DNA of 64,000 bases, from positions 1 through 64,000 of the IMG/VR virus record IMGVR_UViG_3300025030_000068; one strand, 5' to 3'. The translations under genes were made by a program, and so were the position numbers. The stretch's first letter is position 1; each line of letters starts with the position of its first letter. Of the stretch, positions 37,012 to 46,232 are shown piece by piece. Below the pieces are notes generated by a model, which saw only the letters and a program-made list of their open reading frames with translations, had not been told where the DNA came from and made no database searches. This DNA comes from a virus.

Positions 37012-37455
37012 ATGATGAATCAATGCAACTTCATCGGTCGTACCGGCAAGGAGATTGAGCTGAAGTATACGCCTTCAGGCGATCCCGTGGCGACCGTCTC
37101 TCTGGCCTGTTCGGAATCGTGGAAGGATAAGTCAGGTCAGAAACAAGAAAAGACGGAGTGGATCAATCTTGTTGTCTGGCGGAAGCTCGCTGAAATCATG
37201 GCGCAGTACGTCAAAAAGGGTGACTTGATTTTCGTGTCAGGGAAGATGACGACTCGGAAATGGCAGGACAAGGACGGCAACGATAAATATTCCACGGAAA
37301 TCGTTGTCAGCGATATGAAGATGCTCGGCTCCAAGGGCGACGGCGAGCGCTCGGCTGCTCCGGCCCGGACTGCGCGGGAGACAACTCCTGACCCTCATGG
37401 CAACAGCAAGTACGAAGAGCCGCCGTTCGATGCAGATCAAGAGATTCCCTTCTGA
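37012..37455 (+). CDS. ssb: Single-stranded DNA-binding protein
   Basis: OB-fold motifs (TEWINLVVW, KKGDLIFVSG, TRKWQDKDG) and acidic DQEIPF tail. Confidence 0.95.
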   Translation: MMNQCNFIGRTGKEIELKYTPSGDPVATVSLACSESWKDKSGQKQEKTEWINLVVWRKLAEIMAQYVKKGDLIFVSGKMTTRKWQDKDGNDKYSTEIVVSDMKMLGSKGDGERSAAPARTARETTPDPHGNSKYEEPPFDADQEIPF

Positions 37456-37460
37456 TCTTG

Positions 37461-37499
37461 AAACCACCAGTTAACGTCGGCTTCTTTTCCCCTGTGAAG
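37461..37499 (+). promoter_or_regulatory. Phage-specific promoter-like repeat, copy 6
   Basis: AAACCACCAGTTAACGTCGGCTTCTTTTCCCCTGTGAAG. Confidence 0.7.
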
Positions 37500-37622
37500 C
37501 GGATCGGATTTATCACTCTTGACAGGGAGCGGATTATTTTGGTATAGGGAACACGTAAATAACGCGAACGGGAGTGACGGCCTGTAACGCGATGAGTTTT
37601 CGGGATGTCTAATCCCGGAAGG

Positions 37623-37667
37623 CCCATGCTCCCCGGCGTCCGTCACCGCCGGGGGGTATGGGTTTTT
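37623..37667 (+). terminator. Long terminator/attenuator hairpin in the leader of the replication operon
   Basis: 16-bp stem CCCATGCTCCCCGGCG / CGCCGGGGGGTATGGG, loop TCCGTCAC, then TTTTT. Confidence 0.7.
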
Positions 37668-37741
37668 CATTTTCTGGAGGATTCTATGGTCCCTCATCTT
37701 ATTGGTGGCTGGACAGATCATTTCACTGCCGGAGGTATGTC

Positions 37742-38659
37742 ATGGCGAGAATAAGAACGATCAAGCCGGAGTTTCCTCAATCCGAATCAATGGGCCGCGT
37801 TTCGCGAGACGCTCGGTTGCTTTTTATTCTTCTCTGGACACTCTCCGACGATGCCGGGAGGTCTCGCGGAAATTCGCGAATCCTCGCGAGCCTTCTTTTC
37901 CCTTACGATACTGACTCGGTAGAGTTCATCGACGGTTGGATCGGTGAGCTTGAGGCTGAGGGCTGTGTTCTTCGCTACTCTGTTGGTGTGTCAACCTATA
38001 TCCAGTGCCTTAACTGGCTGAAACATCAAAAGATTGACAAAGCCTCTCCGTCCAAACTTCCTGCCCCTCCTGAAAATTCGTTTCCTCCTCTCGATGTTTC
38101 GTCTCCTCCTCGCGAATCCTCTCCTCCTCCTCGCGAGCCTTCGTCGTGGGACCTAGGACCTAGGACCTTAGAACCTAGGAAGGGAAAGGAAGAGGAGCAG
38201 AGCAGCGTGCGCGATAATCTTTTTCCTGACGTTTGTGGTTGTGTTCGTGACGCGGTTCGCAAGGTCCAGCTGAGTGCTAGGGACCTGGACACCATCCGTC
38301 AGTGGCTGACAATGTTTTCCGAGCCGGAAATCTTTTCCGCTTGTGTCATCTGCCAAGAGCGAGGCGGGACGTCTACTGCCTATATCGACGCTATCCTCCG
38401 CAGTGAACACGACAAAAAACCTTCTACACCTCCTCCCGCCGACTCTGAGCCCGTCGATCCCAAGTGGGAGCGCAAGTACAAACCCCACTACCCTCGTTCA
38501 AACGGGATGCTGCTGAACGTCGTCGAACTTGCCGACGAGATCGAGCGGGTCATGGAGTCGTCCCGCACATGTCGCGAAAATATTCTTGATATCGCCGCAA
38601 GTCATGGCTGGGGCGACATCTCCTGCCATCTGGAGGCATACAATGCCAAAGCCGTCTGA
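37742..38659 (+). CDS. Replication initiator protein
   Basis: MARIRTIKPEF...ARLLFILLWTLSDDAGR...NWLKHQKID; upstream of dnaB. Confidence 0.85.
   Translation: MARIRTIKPEFPQSESMGRVSRDARLLFILLWTLSDDAGRSRGNSRILASLLFPYDTDSVEFIDGWIGELEAEGCVLRYSVGVSTYIQCLNWLKHQKIDKASPSKLPAPPENSFPPLDVSSPPRESSPPPREPSSWDLGPRTLEPRKGKEEEQSSVRDNLFPDVCGCVRDAVRKVQLSARDLDTIRQWLTMFSEPEIFSACVICQERGGTSTAYIDAILRSEHDKKPSTPPPADSEPVDPKWERKYKPHYPRSNGMLLNVVELADEIERVMESSRTCRENILDIAASHGWGDISCHLEAYNAKAV
38075..38195. repeat. Probable origin of replication: iteron-like repeats inside the initiator gene
   Basis: CCTCCTC(GCGA/TCGA) x3, then GGACCTA x2 and ACCTAGGA repeats followed by a purine-rich tract. Confidence 0.5.
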
Positions 38660-39962
38660 CCTGATTCAGCAATCGATCATCGGTTGCCTACTGCTGTATC
38701 CTGAAGAAGTCGAACTTGTCACGTCGATCATTGCCCCTGCTGATTTCGTCAGCGAGTTGCACCGCACCGTTTACTTGACCATTCTCGAAAATCCGAAGTG
38801 CGATTTCGTCGCGCTCTCCCCGAAAATGAAACCGATTGTCGGAAGCGCAACGCTTAGCGAATGGATGGATGCTGAGTTTTCCGCTTCTTACCTCCCGCAA
38901 TACTGCCGGGAGTTGAAGGAGATCGCTCTCAAGGAGAAGCTCTGGACGATTGCCTGCGAGGTCCGCAACGGTTGCGAGTCGATGTCGAGCGCTGCCCTTC
39001 TGGAACTTATCGAAAAAGGCTTGGCCGGCCTCTCCCTGCAATCGAAGGTCGAGCCGAAGACGATGCGGGAGCTGTGCCTGTCGGCTTCCGCTGAGTTGGA
39101 GCGTCGCTATCACGGAAAGGAACTCTCCGGTATCCCTTATGGTCTTACTGGTCTGGATGCCGTGACAGGTGGTTTGCATCGCGGCGACATGGTCGTCGTT
39201 GCCGGTCGTCCGTCGATGGGAAAGACTGCCTTTGTCGGCAACATCCTCGAAAATGCTGCAAAGAAAGGGCACCGTGGGCTGTCGTTTTCCATCGAAATGC
39301 CGGCGATGCAGTGCATGGATCGCTTGCTGGCCAGTCAGTCCGAGGTCAGCTTGACGCGGATTCGCAAGGGCGACATCGAGGATCGCCATTGGTTAAAAAT
39401 CATGAAGGGCTTCGAGTCGATGCATACCCTTCCTCTGCTGATTGACGACTCTCCGTCGATCTCTCTGGCGGAGATCAAGTCCAAGGCACGAAACGCCAAG
39501 CGCAACGGCGGTCTTGATTTGATCGCTGTCGATTACCTGACGCTAGTTAAGGTCGAAGAACGCAAGGGCGAGTCACGGACGCGGGCCGTTGGCGACATTT
39601 CGCGGGGCTTAAAGGCTCTGGCTCGGGAGCTGGACGTGACGATGCTGGCGATTGCTCAGCTCAACCGTGGTGTTGACAGCCGTCAAGACAAGCGCCCGGC
39701 GATGTCTGATCTTCGCGACTCCGGGGAGATTGAGCAGGATGCCGACGTGATCCTCTTCCCATTCCGGCCTGCTGCTTACTGCGAAAAGTGCCGAGACAAG
39801 ATTGTGGACGCTGGTCACAACTGGCAGACGCACGCGGCAGAGGCGGAGATTATTGTCGAAAAACAACGCAACGGTGAACGCAACGTCTCCATCCAGTGCG
39901 CATGGAATGGCGGCTGGCAGCGATTCAGCGACAAGGAGGTGGTCTATGGTCCGGGAAATTAA
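38643..39962 (+). CDS. dnaB: Replicative DNA helicase DnaB
   Basis: AGRPSMGKT, FSIEM, VDYLTL, AQLNR, DLRDSGEIEQDAD, KQRNG. Confidence 0.95.
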   Translation: MPKPSDLIQQSIIGCLLLYPEEVELVTSIIAPADFVSELHRTVYLTILENPKCDFVALSPKMKPIVGSATLSEWMDAEFSASYLPQYCRELKEIALKEKLWTIACEVRNGCESMSSAALLELIEKGLAGLSLQSKVEPKTMRELCLSASAELERRYHGKELSGIPYGLTGLDAVTGGLHRGDMVVVAGRPSMGKTAFVGNILENAAKKGHRGLSFSIEMPAMQCMDRLLASQSEVSLTRIRKGDIEDRHWLKIMKGFESMHTLPLLIDDSPSISLAEIKSKARNAKRNGGLDLIAVDYLTLVKVEERKGESRTRAVGDISRGLKALARELDVTMLAIAQLNRGVDSRQDKRPAMSDLRDSGEIEQDADVILFPFRPAAYCEKCRDKIVDAGHNWQTHAAEAEIIVEKQRNGERNVSIQCAWNGGWQRFSDKEVVYGPGN

Positions 39963-40199
39963 GCGGCTAGAGGCAGAGGTCGCTCGGCTGGAGTTGGCTC
40001 TGGCAGAAACTGAAAAAATGTGGCGCGTGGAGAGGAGGGCTCGTTTGCTTGTTGAAAGTGTTCCCTTTGTCAAACAGAAATCTATGGTGGGCGAATTCTT
40101 TGCCCTGTTTGGCGGCATTTCTCATGCGCGTCGCGGTGACGGCATGGGCTTGCACCCCTGCGACCCTCAAAATCGATTTCTTGGGAATGGTGGGCGCTG

Positions 40200-40610
40200 A
40201 TGATTAAGCTACCCGTACCGAATGAAGACGAAGAGCAGGCGTCGGTGATCTCGTATCTTCTCTTTCGCAAGAACAACCTCGGCGACCGTCTGCGCTGGCA
40301 CCATAGTCCGAATGGCGATGGCCGGGAGAAGAGGGTTGGTCGCAATGGTAAGCGTTATTGCCCGTCAGGGCAACGGCTCGCCGCACAGGGGACGTCTCCG
40401 GGCTTCCCAGATCTGGTTGTGTTCCTTGATGCTCCCGGCGACGTTGTCTTCCAGGTCGCTATCGAAATGAAGCGCCGCAACGGGCGGCCATCGGATGTGA
40501 AGCTGGAGCAGCGGGAGTGGTTGTCGTTCCTCTCTCTCTGCGGTTGGCAGACGCGGGCCTGTTTCGGTGCCCAAGAAGCTATTAATTTTCTCCGCGAGTG
40601 CGGGGTTTGA
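40200..40610 (+). CDS. VRR-NUC domain nuclease
   Basis: HHSPNG, GTSPGFPDL, IEMKR, EQREWL. Confidence 0.8.
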   Translation: MIKLPVPNEDEEQASVISYLLFRKNNLGDRLRWHHSPNGDGREKRVGRNGKRYCPSGQRLAAQGTSPGFPDLVVFLDAPGDVVFQVAIEMKRRNGRPSDVKLEQREWLSFLSLCGWQTRACFGAQEAINFLRECGV

Positions 40611-40621
40611 AAGGATGTTTT

Positions 40622-41584
40622 ATGACTGGAAAGGAGTTGTACGAGGGACGCTATTTTCATCGCAACCAGGATCGAGATTGGGCGTTTACCCGGCTGGACA
40701 AGATCAGCGACAATCAGGCTGCATTCATCACCAAGCTGTGCGAGCGCGACGGCACATGTGGAACCGGCGGCCGTGGGATTGACTTCGGCGGATGGTCGGC
40801 TTGGTCATCTATCGTCACCGCATTGAAGCGCAAGGGCGTCTTGAAGGAAGAAGGCGGCAAGCTCATCTTGATCGAGGGCGAGCCGATTCCTTACGTGGAG
40901 CCGATGCTGCCAAAGCCCTACATGAAGGTCCAGCGCGTGTTGCTGGATGTGTTTGATGGCGAGCAGGTGTCGGTGCAGAACCAGTGGCTTTGGCTGGACC
41001 CGCGTGGCGATATGGAGTTTCTCGTGATCCTGCCGCTGGAGATGGCGCAGGTGCTACCTGAGTCGAGCGAGCGGACCACAATGGCCGCCGGCTGCTTTTG
41101 TGCTCATGGCAAGGTGTCGAAGGAGGCAATCAACCGTGCCTCGACGCTCTCGCGTGAGTTTATGGCGGTTCGCTCCGGCGTGTCGCGGCAGGTGCTCTTG
41201 ATCGAGTTCGAGACGGAGATTAAAGATCCAGGTGAGCAGTATTACTCGAAAAACGGATTGATGTTCAGCTACAAGCGGATGCTCTATTTGGGTACTGGAT
41301 TTCTTTATCTTGAATTGCCGGACGGCTCTCTGCGGCAGGCGAAGCATGTTGGAGACTTCGATACCTCCATCGTTAAGGCCAAGCTGGCCACCGACAAAAC
41401 GGTGATCATCGATTATACCCCGGAGCGCGAGGTCGCTCTGGAGTCCCTGCGGATGCGGCTGGTGAATGCGGCTACCGATCTACAGCGCATTTTAACCGCC
41501 GACAACTTTGTGTCGGCCATCGACAGTCACGGTCCGCGTCTTCTGAAGCTGGGCTCGACTAGCAAGAAGGGAATGGCGTCATGA
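40622..41584 (+). CDS. Hypothetical protein
   Basis: 320-aa ORF in operon. Confidence 0.6.
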   Translation: MTGKELYEGRYFHRNQDRDWAFTRLDKISDNQAAFITKLCERDGTCGTGGRGIDFGGWSAWSSIVTALKRKGVLKEEGGKLILIEGEPIPYVEPMLPKPYMKVQRVLLDVFDGEQVSVQNQWLWLDPRGDMEFLVILPLEMAQVLPESSERTTMAAGCFCAHGKVSKEAINRASTLSREFMAVRSGVSRQVLLIEFETEIKDPGEQYYSKNGLMFSYKRMLYLGTGFLYLELPDGSLRQAKHVGDFDTSIVKAKLATDKTVIIDYTPEREVALESLRMRLVNAATDLQRILTADNFVSAIDSHGPRLLKLGSTSKKGMAS

Positions 41585-42378
41585 GTAAAAAAGGGTTCGA
41601 TGCCGCCCGCTCCGGTAGCGGGACGAAAGAGTGGGCCGAGGTCACGGAAAACATCCAGCGCGGCTGCGCCAATAATTGCCTGTACTGCTATGCCGCTGCC
41701 AATGCGGCTCGCTTCCATCTCTGCTCCCGCGAGGACTGGCCCAATGAGGTCTTGACGAAGCGGGCGCTCATCACCTCCTACCCGGCCCGTGAAGGGGTTG
41801 TCATGTTCCCCTCGTCGCACGACATCACCGCGTTCAACGTCGGCGCCTACCTCCGGGTTGCCCGGCTGATTCTGGAGAAGGGCAACCAGCTCCTGATCGT
41901 CACCAAGCCTCGCCGGGCCATCGTGAGTAACCTCATGGATATCCTTGCGCCGTGGCGGGAGCAGATTCTGTTCCGCTTCACCATCGGGGCTCTTGACGAT
42001 CGGCTCATTTCCCTCTGGGAGCCGGGGGCGCCGTCGTCGCTGGATCGCCTTGATTCGTTGAGTGATGCCGAGGATCGGGGCTTTGCCCGCTCGGTGTCCA
42101 TCGAGCCGATGCTGGCTGGCTACGACGAGACGATGCGTGTCGTCGAAAATGTCTTGGCGATGAATCCGGAGACGATCTGGATCGGCAAGATGAACAAGAT
42201 GTCCTTGCGGGTGGTGGACCAGTCGGACGAGGTCCGCGCGGCGGTCGCCTTGCTCCGCGAGCAGCAGTCGGCACCTGAAATCATGCGTCTTCATGCGGCG
42301 ATCCATCTCGTTCCCTCGATCCGCTGGAAGGATAGTATCAAGCTGGTCTTGGCCGAAGCGGCGGGAGGTGCAGAATGA
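41581..42378 (+). CDS. Radical SAM protein (spore photoproduct lyase-like / Gp37Gp68-related)
   Basis: GCANNCLYCYA (CxxxCxxC), LLIVTK, WEPGAPS, SIEPML. Confidence 0.8.
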   Translation: MSKKGFDAARSGSGTKEWAEVTENIQRGCANNCLYCYAAANAARFHLCSREDWPNEVLTKRALITSYPAREGVVMFPSSHDITAFNVGAYLRVARLILEKGNQLLIVTKPRRAIVSNLMDILAPWREQILFRFTIGALDDRLISLWEPGAPSSLDRLDSLSDAEDRGFARSVSIEPMLAGYDETMRVVENVLAMNPETIWIGKMNKMSLRVVDQSDEVRAAVALLREQQSAPEIMRLHAAIHLVPSIRWKDSIKLVLAEAAGGAE

Positions 42379-42638
42379 GGCTCGAAGATATCCCTGTTCG
42401 CCGTATCGGCAGCACGATTCTCGGTCTGGGGGTTGTCGGCTGTTTCTTTGTCGGCTTGTCGTTCTGTGTTAATCTCCTTTCCTGCAACAACTTCCACCTG
42501 ATTGTTTTCGGTGAATCGCACTGGCTGATAGACGGGCTTTTCTCCGCTCTTATTGTCTGGGGAGTCTGCGGGCTCTGGGGGATTCTCGTTTGGTGCTGGG
42601 AAGTGACCGATCCAAAGAAAGCCGAGGTGAAGTCATGA
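42375..42638 (+). CDS. Small two-TM membrane protein
   Basis: Two hydrophobic segments. Confidence 0.5.
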   Translation: MRLEDIPVRRIGSTILGLGVVGCFFVGLSFCVNLLSCNNFHLIVFGESHWLIDGLFSALIVWGVCGLWGILVWCWEVTDPKKAEVKS

Positions 42639-42922
42639 TCTTCGTCAACACGACCACCGGCCATAGCCTCTTGAGCCGGGAGGAATTCGAGAAGCAGTTC
42701 GGCCAGCTCCCCTCGTCCTCTGGTCCCCATATCGAGGAGGGCCGGCGCCTCTCTGCCGCCCGTAATGCCGCCGACATTTCCATGCGCGAGTTGGCCAAGG
42801 CCGTCTCTGGCTGGACGATGCTCACCGTCTCGGATATCGAGCATGGCCGCACCGAGATCACGCCGATGATCCGGGCTGCTTACCAGAAGACGATTTCTGC
42901 GAAGAAGGTTGGTGGCAAATGA
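42635..42922 (+). CDS. XRE-family HTH protein
   Basis: LSAARNAADISMRELAKAVSGWTMLTVSDIEHG. Confidence 0.7.
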   Translation: MIFVNTTTGHSLLSREEFEKQFGQLPSSSGPHIEEGRRLSAARNAADISMRELAKAVSGWTMLTVSDIEHGRTEITPMIRAAYQKTISAKKVGGK

Positions 42923-43239
42923 CCCGCTCGGAAGCGCAAAGGTTGCGGCGTGCAAGGGAAGCGAAGAGAAACCCGCGTCTTGGCCCGGACGACATCACTC
43001 GTTTCAAATGCCGCAAAATGTTTGGACGAAGCGCCAAGGCGGTCATCTTGGGAATGGCGCTAGACGGGTATAGCGGGACGACGATTGCCGGTGCTCTTGG
43101 CGTTAAATTCCGCAACTTAAAAATGTGGTGTGAGGATTGGGGCCATCCTGAAATCTGCTCGCATACGCCAGAAAAGCGCAGCCGCGCCGTGGTTCGGGCG
43201 TGGGCTGAACGATTGTCCGACGGAATTTGTTTGCCTTGA
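42919..43239 (+). CDS. Hypothetical HTH-like protein
   Basis: GYSGTTIAGALGVKFRNLKMW. Confidence 0.5.
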   Translation: MTRSEAQRLRRAREAKRNPRLGPDDITRFKCRKMFGRSAKAVILGMALDGYSGTTIAGALGVKFRNLKMWCEDWGHPEICSHTPEKRSRAVVRAWAERLSDGICLP

Positions 43240-43268
43240 GTGTTCCCCTTATCGAAAGGAGTTGCGCC

Positions 43269-43631
43269 ATGACGCAGCCTGATTTGTTCACCGCTCCAGT
43301 CCTCTCTGACGACCAGTCCGCTATTTATCGCTGCATCGAATCCCGCAAGGGGAAGGCTCTGGCTATCTCCGCTGCCGAGATCGTCCGCCTCACTGGTATT
43401 GCCGATCGTCGCTCCCGTGCGCTGGTGAAGGAGTTGGTCGAGGACCACGGCCTGCCGATCGTCTCCTGCCCCTCTGGGTTCTTCGTCCCGGCCACCGAGG
43501 AGGAGATCACCGCAGCCTATCGCCAGTCGGTGTCGTGGGCGCTGTCGCTGCTGCACCGGGCCAGCTGTTTGAAGCGATCGACCGATCTGCAGCGGATCGT
43601 CGGCCAGTTGCGGCTGGAGGTGGCGACATGA
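43269..43631 (+). CDS. Winged-HTH protein
   Basis: AISAAEIVRLTGIADRRSRALVKELVEDHGLPIVS..SGFF. Confidence 0.65.
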   Translation: MTQPDLFTAPVLSDDQSAIYRCIESRKGKALAISAAEIVRLTGIADRRSRALVKELVEDHGLPIVSCPSGFFVPATEEEITAAYRQSVSWALSLLHRASCLKRSTDLQRIVGQLRLEVAT

Positions 43632-43791
43632 AGTGGCCGGTTGGGAAGTATAACGGCAGGCGCATTGTTGGGCTAGAGATCGACGCAAAGGTCCGCGTCA
43701 ACGTCTGGTACTGGCGGCCTCGCTGGTTTACCTACACCTCTCGCATTGCCTGGCTCTGCTTCATTGTTTCGCTGGAGTGCGTCTACGACTG

Positions 43792-43830
43792 AAACCACCA
43801 CTTAAGCGCGGTTTCTTTTCCTATATGAAG
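43792..43830 (+). promoter_or_regulatory. Phage-specific promoter-like repeat, copy 7
   Basis: AAACCACCACTTAAGCGCGGTTTCTTTTCCTATATGAAG plus hairpins AGGGAC-GGCT-GTCCCT and TGCC-TGCG-GGCA. Confidence 0.75.
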
Positions 43831-43882
43831 GGACGGCTGTCCCTAACTCTCATTTGCCTGCGGGCAGCAGAAAGGTTTTGCC

Positions 43883-44563
43883 ATGAACAACATTCTTTAT
43901 CTCGATATCGAGACCATCCCCGATCAGACTCCCGGTGCTCTGGAGGCGATTCGCGCCTCTATTGAGCCGCCCGGAAACATCTCGAAGCCGGAAACTATCG
44001 CCAAGTGGATGGAGGAGAACGCCGTCGCGAAATCTGAAGAGGCGTGGCGCAAGACTGCGCTGGACGGGAGCAAGGGGGAGGTGGTGGTTGCCGGCTGGGC
44101 GTTTAATGATTTTGTGCCGCGCCGTGTGATTCGCGACTCGCTTCGTCCTGGCGACGAGAAGCGGCTGCTGTTTGACACCTTTGAGTCGATCCTGATGGAA
44201 CTGGAGACGCTTCCAGATGCCCCTCTTACCATTGTTGGTCATTGCGTCAAAGACTTTGATCTACGTTTCCTCTTCCAGCGGGCGGTCATTGCCGGCGTTC
44301 GCCCGACCTTTGACCTCGGCGTCGGCCAGCGCTATCCGGCTCATATCTACGACACCATGACCGAGTGGGCAGGATGGGGCAATCGGATCTCGCTGGCGAA
44401 TCTCTGCAAGGCACTTAATGTCCCGGTCAAGCAAGGTGGCATTGACGGATCGATGGTTTGGGATTTGGTGAAATCGAATCGCATCGTTGAGGTGGCGGAC
44501 TATTGCTGTACCGATGTTGTTGCGGTCCGCGAGTGTCACCGCCGCATGACCTTTGCGGGGTGA
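43883..44563 (+). CDS. 3'-5' exonuclease (DnaQ/PolB proofreading-like)
   Basis: LDIET, GHCVKDFDLRFL, YDTM, YCCTDV. Confidence 0.85.
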   Translation: MNNILYLDIETIPDQTPGALEAIRASIEPPGNISKPETIAKWMEENAVAKSEEAWRKTALDGSKGEVVVAGWAFNDFVPRRVIRDSLRPGDEKRLLFDTFESILMELETLPDAPLTIVGHCVKDFDLRFLFQRAVIAGVRPTFDLGVGQRYPAHIYDTMTEWAGWGNRISLANLCKALNVPVKQGGIDGSMVWDLVKSNRIVEVADYCCTDVVAVRECHRRMTFAG

Positions 44564-44866
44564 GACCATGACCATTCCCGAACTCCTCCGCGATATCAAT
44601 CAGCATCTGGCGCCGACCGAGATCATCGGCGTGCGCTATGCCGAGTTCCCCAACGAGGAGACGGAGTGCTTGCGCCGTCGCTGGACGCTGGTGACGACGA
44701 TGGGCGCTGCTCCTCGACATGTCCGGGCTTTCGACCACTTCTTTTCCCGTGAGGGCTGCATCGCTGCCCTGCGCGGTATCAGCTCCTTCCTCGACCGTTA
44801 ACCTCTCGCCGTCCTCCGGGGCGGCTTTACTCCGATGCCGGTAGCGACTGGCAGAAAGGCATTCCC

Positions 44867-46186
44867 ATGTCCGAAGAATTTGAAGCTGTTGATTACAACA
44901 CTGCCGTAGCTGGTCTTATTGAGACGGGCGACACCGAAGACGTCCAGATGCTCCTTGGTCACAAGGATCGCTTGCGCTGTGGCGGGATTATCCGTACTGG
45001 CGTCAAGGTTCCGAAATCCTCTTGCACGGACGCCGAGAAGAAAAAGTTTCTTGAACTCGAAGCGCAGGGGATGGGGTACGAGGCCATTGATGCCGCCATC
45101 GGTGGTGTCAGCCGGTCCGCGAAGTCCAAACTTGTGCCGCGTAATGCGAATCACTTCGTCGTGCGGGCGAACGATTTTGGCCGTCCGTCTGATGCCGAGT
45201 ACATCTTAAACAACTTCGCTGATCCTGATTCCAAGGTGCGGTCACTGCCGATCTGGTTGAGTCAGGACGCGATTGAAAAGTGTGTCCAGAACGGTTTCTG
45301 TGCCTTCAATGGCGGGGGGCAGCTTGTCGCCGCTTCTTTCTATGAGGGGAAGGAACTCCGTGTCCGCTATCTCCCGAAAGACTTCAAGGGCGGTGCGGTG
45401 AAAAAAGAGGATTGGAAGATTGCCAAACTTGACCCGGATAATCCTGTCGATCCTGCCGGTCGCAAGTTGGACTTTGGCGCGATTTTTCGCTTCAATGTTC
45501 CGGGCTTGAAGGGCTTTGACGAGGTTGTTTGCATCAGCCGGTCTTGGTTTGGGGCGTCATACAGCATCGCCTTGCTGCGTCGTGTTCGGTCGATCCTTGG
45601 CCGGTTCTCGGGTCTCCTTAACGGCCAGCCGTTCCTGCAGCTCTCCAAGGTTGCCGAGGAGATTCGGCACGACGGCAAGACCGTGACGCAATATATCCCG
45701 GTCATCGAACTCTCCATTGACCCGATGGAGCTGGCCCGCTACGCCGAGCCGCAGGCCGTCGTTGCCCGTGCCCGCAATGCCATGTCGGCGCTGGCTGGTC
45801 CCCGCCCGGCTCCGGTCGCCCAAGATCGCGAGTCGTATTCCGACAACCAAGACCGCGAGTCGTACTCGGCTGAACATGCGCCTGTTGCCGAGCCTGTTGT
45901 TCCTGTCGTTCCTCCTGTCGCAGAGGCTCCCTTCGGCAACGAAGATCCGGCGCTGGTCCGGGCCAACGAGTATCTGCACGGCGCCGCCAAGCAGTGCCGC
46001 GTGACGTGGCCGCAGTTCTCCGCGTGGGCGTGCATGGAAGTGACCGAGGGTGTCGCGCTGGAAGATTGCAGCCTTGAGGAGTTGCGGAAGGTCGCCGAGG
46101 TCGTCAAGGCTGGTCTTGCCAGTCCGGAGCGCGAGGCGTTCGGGGCGAAGGTGAAAGAAATCGCCCTGTCTTTCGGCGTCGAGTAG
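44867..46186 (+). CDS. Putative recombination protein
   Basis: Between exonuclease and SbcD/C; GIIRTGVK..PRNANHFVV N-terminus, low-complexity linker. Confidence 0.45.
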   Translation: MSEEFEAVDYNTAVAGLIETGDTEDVQMLLGHKDRLRCGGIIRTGVKVPKSSCTDAEKKKFLELEAQGMGYEAIDAAIGGVSRSAKSKLVPRNANHFVVRANDFGRPSDAEYILNNFADPDSKVRSLPIWLSQDAIEKCVQNGFCAFNGGGQLVAASFYEGKELRVRYLPKDFKGGAVKKEDWKIAKLDPDNPVDPAGRKLDFGAIFRFNVPGLKGFDEVVCISRSWFGASYSIALLRRVRSILGRFSGLLNGQPFLQLSKVAEEIRHDGKTVTQYIPVIELSIDPMELARYAEPQAVVARARNAMSALAGPRPAPVAQDRESYSDNQDRESYSAEHAPVAEPVVPVVPPVAEAPFGNEDPALVRANEYLHGAAKQCRVTWPQFSAWACMEVTEGVALEDCSLEELRKVAEVVKAGLASPEREAFGAKVKEIALSFGVE

Positions 46187-46232
46187 TCAATCACGGCGGG
46201 GGCTCCGGTCCCCGCCTTTCCCGGAGGATATT

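Noticed and set aside
3302-43830. 39-bp repeats as a CRISPR array or integron attC sites
   Set aside because: Copies are kilobases apart with no spacer periodicity and no cas genes. They lack attC RYYYAAC/GTTRRRY ends and sit upstream of operons rather than after each ORF.
45821-45868. Short tandem duplication (QDRESYS x2)
   Set aside because: Real, but a simple in-frame duplication in a low-complexity linker with no evidence of function.
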